Source of the DNA: Clostridia bacterium
GTDB taxonomy: Bacteria; Bacillota; Clostridia; Oscillospirales; CAG-272
Length of the DNA: 56,107 nt
Assembly (NCBI GenBank): GCA_017505745.1
Contig: JAFVOP010000112.1
Coordinates: 1 to 56,107 of the forward strand
Direction: 5' to 3'
Positions 52,419 to 56,107 of the stretch are shown one piece after another. Within the stretch, counting starts at the first letter, position 1, and each line of letters opens with the position of its first letter. The notes beneath the pieces are model-generated. The model was not told where the DNA came from. It saw only the letters and a program-made list of their open reading frames with translations, and did not search any database. The translations under genes were made by a program, and so were the position numbers.

Positions 52419-53880
52419 CGTCCGCATCCTCCTCTATCGGGCGCGGACCGCGAAGTGCCTGTCTTTGACGTGCTTTTTCATCGGTGGCCGCATATTTTTC
52501 GTGTCGGTTGATCGCGCAAAACGGGGTGAGAAGCAGGATACGGATATCTCCCCAAAACGTCCAATTTTCAATATAGTTAATATCTTCGTCAATACGGGCT
52601 TGGATCGAGGTATCTCCGCGCAGGCCCTTGATCTGAGCAAGTCCCGTGATTCCGGGACGCAGTGTGTGTTTGAGCATATACAGTGGAATCTCTTTCCGGA
52701 ACTTCTCAACGTAAAACGGCACCTCGGGTCGCGGCCCCACCAGGCTCATATCTCCCTTTAAAACGTTAAAAAATTGAGGAAGCTCGTCCAAGGCAAACTT
52801 GCGGATAAACGCGCCGAATTTTGTTTTTCGGGGATCGTTTTCGGTAGACCACCCTGTAGATTCGGAATCGTTTACGCGCATCGAACGGAATTTATACATG
52901 GTAAAGGGCTTGTTGTGCATACCGATTCGAGTCTGCTTGAATAAGATAGGCCCCGGGGAAGATAACCGCACGCCGATTGCCGTGAACAGCATAAGCGGGG
53001 AGGTTACGAGGATCAGAAGAAGGGAGCCCACGATATCCATTGCACGCTTGATAAACTGATTGGTCACGTTATCCAGGGGGGTGCTGCGAATATCGATCAA
53101 CGGGAGATTTCCTACCTCGGTTACCTGTCTGGGCGAACGGAAATAGCCGCAAATGGCAGGAACGACCAGGGTTTTAATGCAATTGTTGTCGCAAATGGAA
53201 ATGTATTTGGTGATCAGCTTTTTTCGTACGGTATCAAAGGCCAAAACAACCTCATCCGGACGAAGCTCCTTGAGAAGGTGATCCAGATCGCGGGTGGTTC
53301 CAAGGTGCTCAAGTCCTATGATATTCAAATTCCCCACGTAACCAATCACCGAATATCCGAAATGCGGGTTGTTTAAGATCTCATCCATATAAGCATCCAC
53401 CATATCCTGGCTGTTGGTAACCACCAAGATATGCTTGATGTTACGCTTACGGACACGTAGAGTTCGTAAAAAGGAGATCATAGCCACCTTTTTTATCATA
53501 ATGGTGGCCCCCGAAAAGATTGCGGTAAAGGTCAGCCAGGCAACGTATGCCGAAACGTCACGCGTGCAAAGGATCAGAATCAGAATGATCGAAAGCCCCA
53601 CAACCTCCATCGTCACCAAAAAAATACGACTGATAAAAAAGAGCACGCTTCGGGTTCGCATGGGCAGGTAGACGTTATGGTAGTTATAAAGGAAGGAGGT
53701 TACCAAGCAGATAATGCAAATAATAAACACCGCACGGGTGTGTCCAACACCGAACGGCGCCGGATGAAAGAGCTTGACTCCCCAATAGCAAATATATGAA
53801 ACCAGAAAATTGAGCACGTAGTCAAACAGCTTGTCCAAGCTGGTCAGCAAATAGCGATAGTCCTTCATGGTATTATTCAT
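52402..53880 (-). CDS. Polyprenyl-phosphate sugar-phosphate transferase (WcaJ/EpsL-type priming transferase)
   Basis: 492-aa ORF with N-terminal TM helices and the C-terminal bacterial sugar transferase domain ('KRAMDIVGSLLLILVTSPLML', 'KFRSM', 'DELPQFFNVLKGDMSLVGPRP'). Confidence 0.85.
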   Translation of the reverse strand: MNNTMKDYRYLLTSLDKLFDYVLNFLVSYICYWGVKLFHPAPFGVGHTRAVFIICIICLVTSFLYNYHNVYLPMRTRSVLFFISRIFLVTMEVVGLSIILILILCTRDVSAYVAWLTFTAIFSGATIMIKKVAMISFLRTLRVRKRNIKHILVVTNSQDMVDAYMDEILNNPHFGYSVIGYVGNLNIIGLEHLGTTRDLDHLLKELRPDEVVLAFDTVRKKLITKYISICDNNCIKTLVVPAICGYFRSPRQVTEVGNLPLIDIRSTPLDNVTNQFIKRAMDIVGSLLLILVTSPLMLFTAIGVRLSSPGPILFKQTRIGMHNKPFTMYKFRSMRVNDSESTGWSTENDPRKTKFGAFIRKFALDELPQFFNVLKGDMSLVGPRPEVPFYVEKFRKEIPLYMLKHTLRPGITGLAQIKGLRGDTSIQARIDEDINYIENWTFWGDIRILLLTPFCAINRHEKYAATDEKARQRQALRGPRPIEEDADDGEEE

Positions 53881-54040
53881 TGGAAGAGTCCTCCCTTCTT
53901 ACAAAAATGTAAAATCATCCGTCCTTGGTATATCAGGCTTATTTCACTTTTATTATTTTAACATGTTTTTCAAAAAAATGCAACCAAAACGAATAAAAAA
54001 GGCAAAAAAAAGCAAAAGTTCACCGTAAATTCACGTTTCT

Positions 54041-54112
54041 AAAAACAACGATCCCCGCAAGCTTGCTTCCTTCGGAAATCCAATACAGTCGGGAGCAGAA
54101 ATCGCGGGGATC
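54041..54112 (-). terminator. Terminator-like structure after the prs-like gene
   Basis: On the minus strand the stem GATCCCCGC / GCGGGGATC encloses a roughly 45-nt structured loop and is followed by GTTGTTTTT. Confidence 0.5.
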
Positions 54113-54130
54113 TATGAAACTCAAAACAGA

Positions 54131-55285
54131 TTATTCATCCTCAAAGTTGATCTTCATCTGGGTGGCAAGCTCACTGCGATGCTTGTCCATAAGGGATTGA
54201 ATGCGCTTTACGGGATTAAGAAGCGAGCTGATCGTGGCATCGTTGTTAAGCGTATCCACCAGGTATGCCACGTACTTGCACATATTCACCTCGGTAAACC
54301 ACTCTCTGGTAAGCAGCTCGGGACGGCGGTATACGAGGTTGGTGGTGAACACCCGGTCAAATACACCTTCCTTGAAGCATTGATCAAACTTATCAAAGCC
54401 ATCGGTAAAGAGACCGAAGGTGGCAAAGCAGAACACGCGGCTGGCGCCCTTTTCCTTGAGCTGGCGGCAAACGTCGAGCATCGACTCACCCGAGGAAATC
54501 ATATCATCCACGATGATAGCATCCTTTCCGTGAAGATCCTGGCCCAGATACTCATGCGCCTCGATCGGGTTTCTTCCGTTGATCACGATCGAATAATTTC
54601 TTCTCTTGTAGAACATACCAATGTCAAGGCCTAACACGGAGCTGTAATACATGCAGCGCGACATTGCGCCCTCATCGGGAGAGATGATGGTCATGTGATC
54701 CTTATCGATCTGCACGTCGGGAATCGCACGCACCAGTGCCTTGATCATCTGGTAGGTGGGCTGAACGTTATCAAAGCCGGAAAGCGGGATCGCGTTGGAA
54801 ATACGGGAATCGTGTGCATCGAAGGTCAGAATGTTGGATACCCCCATGCCCACCAATTCCTGGAGCATCAGTGCACAGTCGAGCGATTCGCGGCTGGATC
54901 TCTTGTGCTGTCTGCCCTCGTAGAGCATGGGCATAATAACAGTGATTCTCTTGGCCTTACCGCCGATGGCCGCAATGATTCTCTTCAGATCCGCATAGTG
55001 ATCGTCGGGGCTCATGGGAACCTCGGTACCGTACATTTTGTAGGTCACCCCGTAGTTGAATACATCACAAATGATGTAAACATCTTTACCGCGCATGGAT
55101 TCGTGAAGAATACCCTTGCCTTCTCCGGAACCGAATCTGGGACAGTCCGCAACGATGGTAAAGCTCTTGTCTTCCCCACTTCCGCGTCTGCGCCAATCCT
55201 TGAGATAGTAGTCGACCTGCTCCGTAAACTTTTCGCAGCCCTTCATTCCGATCACGAGAAGTTCTCCGCCCTGATTGCTTTTCAT
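54131..55285 (-). CDS. prs: Ribose-phosphate pyrophosphokinase family protein (long form)
   Basis: The 384 aa start at 'MKSNQGGELLVIGM' with a GAGGGAGG RBS 5 nt upstream. 'TFDAHDSRI' corresponds to the canonical DLHA region, and the PRPP loop is 'IIVDDMISSGESM'. Confidence 0.75.
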   Translation of the reverse strand: MKSNQGGELLVIGMKGCEKFTEQVDYYLKDWRRRGSGEDKSFTIVADCPRFGSGEGKGILHESMRGKDVYIICDVFNYGVTYKMYGTEVPMSPDDHYADLKRIIAAIGGKAKRITVIMPMLYEGRQHKRSSRESLDCALMLQELVGMGVSNILTFDAHDSRISNAIPLSGFDNVQPTYQMIKALVRAIPDVQIDKDHMTIISPDEGAMSRCMYYSSVLGLDIGMFYKRRNYSIVINGRNPIEAHEYLGQDLHGKDAIIVDDMISSGESMLDVCRQLKEKGASRVFCFATFGLFTDGFDKFDQCFKEGVFDRVFTTNLVYRRPELLTREWFTEVNMCKYVAYLVDTLNNDATISSLLNPVKRIQSLMDKHRSELATQMKINFEDE

Positions 55286-55598
55286 AATAGCCTCCCTCAA
55301 AGTTGTTTTTTTCATGTATAGTCCCCAATTATCGACGTCCTTCGGACACCGACCTGACGGGTAATTTTTCGTCAGTAGAGAGTACAATCATATAAATGGA
55401 ATCATAACAAGTATATTATATCACAAAGCATTTCCTTTTGTATGAACTTTTTATGAACTTGTCGACTTTATTCTGCATGAAAAAGTATAAAAAAAGCTTA
55501 AAAAGAATTGCAATATGACGAAAAAAGGTCTTGTTTTGTTTCTTTACGGAATCTCCCAACCTTTTTGAAATAATTCTTAAATTTTTTTCAAAAAGCTA

Positions 55599-55627
55599 TT
55601 GCTTTTTCTTTCCACATGTGATATAAT
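55599..55627 (+). promoter_or_regulatory. sigma-A promoter (TTGCTT, 17-nt spacer, TGaTATAAT) upstream of the tRNA-Ser 5' fragment
   Basis: The -35 is at 55599-55604 and the -10 at 55622-55627, with an extended TG and an A/T-rich UP region. The 16-mer CTATTGCTTTTTCTTT is identical to the one in the tRNA-Val promoter. Confidence 0.65.
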
Positions 55628-55658
55628 AATGGGTGTTGCAAGGCACGAAAACCAATAC

Positions 55659-55699
55659 GGAGAGATATCGAAGTGGTCATAACGGGGCTGACTCGAAAT
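55659..55699 (+). pseudogene. Orphan 5' half of tRNA-Ser (acceptor 5' strand through the anticodon loop)
   Basis: The 41 nt match positions 1-41 of the intact tRNA-Ser at 55850 with two substitutions in the anticodon stem (ctg versus gcg). Similarity stops right after the anticodon loop 'actcgaaat'. Confidence 0.75.
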
Positions 55700-55815
55700 T
55701 TTGTAGTCACTTTGGAACCTCCCACCTTAAATCCCTTGATTTATAAGGGTTTTCCGCAGTTCAAATAAAACTTAATACGTTAGTTCTCTCCTACTGTTCT
55801 CTCCAATTTCCGAGG

Positions 55816-55843
55816 TTGAATAAGAACAGTAGAGAGCTAAAAT
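55816..55843 (+). promoter_or_regulatory. Possible weaker promoter directly upstream of the intact tRNA-Ser (TTGAAT, 16-nt spacer, TAAAAT)
   Basis: TTGAAT is at 55816-55821 and TAAAAT at 55838-55843. The element ends 6 nt before the tRNA start. Confidence 0.35.
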
Positions 55844-55849
55844 AAACAC

Positions 55850-55938
55850 GGAGAGATATCGAAGTGGTCATAACGGGGCGCACTCGAAATGCGTTTGAGA
55901 GCAATCTCACGAGGGTTCGAATCCCTCTCTCTCCGCCA
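55850..55938 (+). tRNA. tRNA-Ser (anticodon CGA), type II with a long variable arm, CCA encoded
   Basis: An 89-nt cloverleaf was folded by hand. The acceptor is GGAGAGA/TCTCTCC, the anticodon stem GCGCA/TGCGT with loop CTCGAAA, the variable arm ttgagagcaatctcac and the T-arm GAGGG-TTCGAAT-CCCTC. Confidence 0.9.
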
Positions 55939-55942
55939 CACC

Positions 55943-55977
55943 GAGCCTGCAAAGTCAATTTGCAGGCTCATTTTTTT
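55943..55977 (+). terminator. Intrinsic terminator after tRNA-Ser
   Basis: The stem gagcctgcaaa / tttgcaggctc is followed by a T-run (attttttt). Confidence 0.8.
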
Positions 55978-55991
55978 CGCCTTTTTTCGAC

Positions 55992-56107
55992 TTATGAAAC
56001 CGTGGTCAGAGCCGCCCTCATTCCCGTCACCATAGCTTCGGCGGAGTTGAGTTTGGAGTTGTAGTCTAAGTGTGCATAGATGTTTGCTGTTGTGCTGAAA
56101 TCAGAGT
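55992..56107 (-). CDS. Tyrosine recombinase / phage-type integrase. Only the C-terminal 37 codons are present because the gene is truncated by the window edge.
   Basis: The minus-strand frame reads 'SDFSTTANIYAHLDYNSKLNSAEAMVTGMRAALTTVS*'. The segment '..TTANIYAHL' is the box II region carrying the catalytic Tyr. The TAA stop is the reverse complement of 55992-55994. This ORF is not in the track because it is shorter than 60 aa. Confidence 0.6.
   Translation of the reverse strand, partial: SDFSTTANIYAHLDYNSKLNSAEAMVTGMRAALTTVS

Noticed and set aside
55659-55850. The first tRNA-Ser copy read as an intron-containing or split tRNA.
   Set aside because: The downstream 150 nt contain TCTCTCC strings that could mimic an acceptor 3' strand, but there is no T-arm (GGTTCGAATCC) or variable arm. 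The spacer is also too short and unstructured for a group I intron.

Overview
The window looks like a chromosomal core segment of a spore-forming Firmicute of Clostridia type, because it carries spoIIID, a PolC-type replicase and a YlmC/YmxH protein. A hand count of one core stretch gives about 50% G+C. Most of it is housekeeping. The minus strand carries rpsB-tsf-[SDR]-pyrH-frr-uppS-cdsA-dxr-rseP-ispG-polC and ruvC-methyltransferase-ecfA1-ecfA2-ecfT-truA-DUF5711-cvpA-clpC-like. The plus strand carries DUF951-yfhO-ruvA-ruvB, melA with a divergent AraC regulator, and nadE. comEC, an orphan ACP gene and a three-gene glycan module are also present. There are two tRNA genes, Val-GAC and Ser-CGA.

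Five places do not look ordinary:
- An AT-rich islet sits just downstream of tRNA-Val. It holds an Avd-like four-helix-bundle gene, a translationally coupled lipoprotein gene and a small membrane protein gene. It is bracketed by two arrays of an unusual short repeat, an ATGATG/CATCAT spacer plus a GC-rich triloop hairpin.
- An AraC regulator sits divergent from a glycyl-radical activase and an unusually compact 675-aa glycyl radical enzyme whose Cys loop reads A-C-W-E.
- A two-ring Clp/Hsp100 ATPase has a ClpX-like C4 zinc ribbon in place of the Clp_N domain.
- The tRNA-Ser locus has a promoter-proximal orphan 5' half-tRNA, an intact copy 150 nt downstream, and the 3' end of a tyrosine integrase at the window edge. 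This suggests the border of an integrative element.
- A near-consensus sigma-A promoter points antisense through spoIIID.

Many very long antisense shadow ORFs are present and are rejected as coding. All homology calls come from reading motifs by eye; no database search was run.
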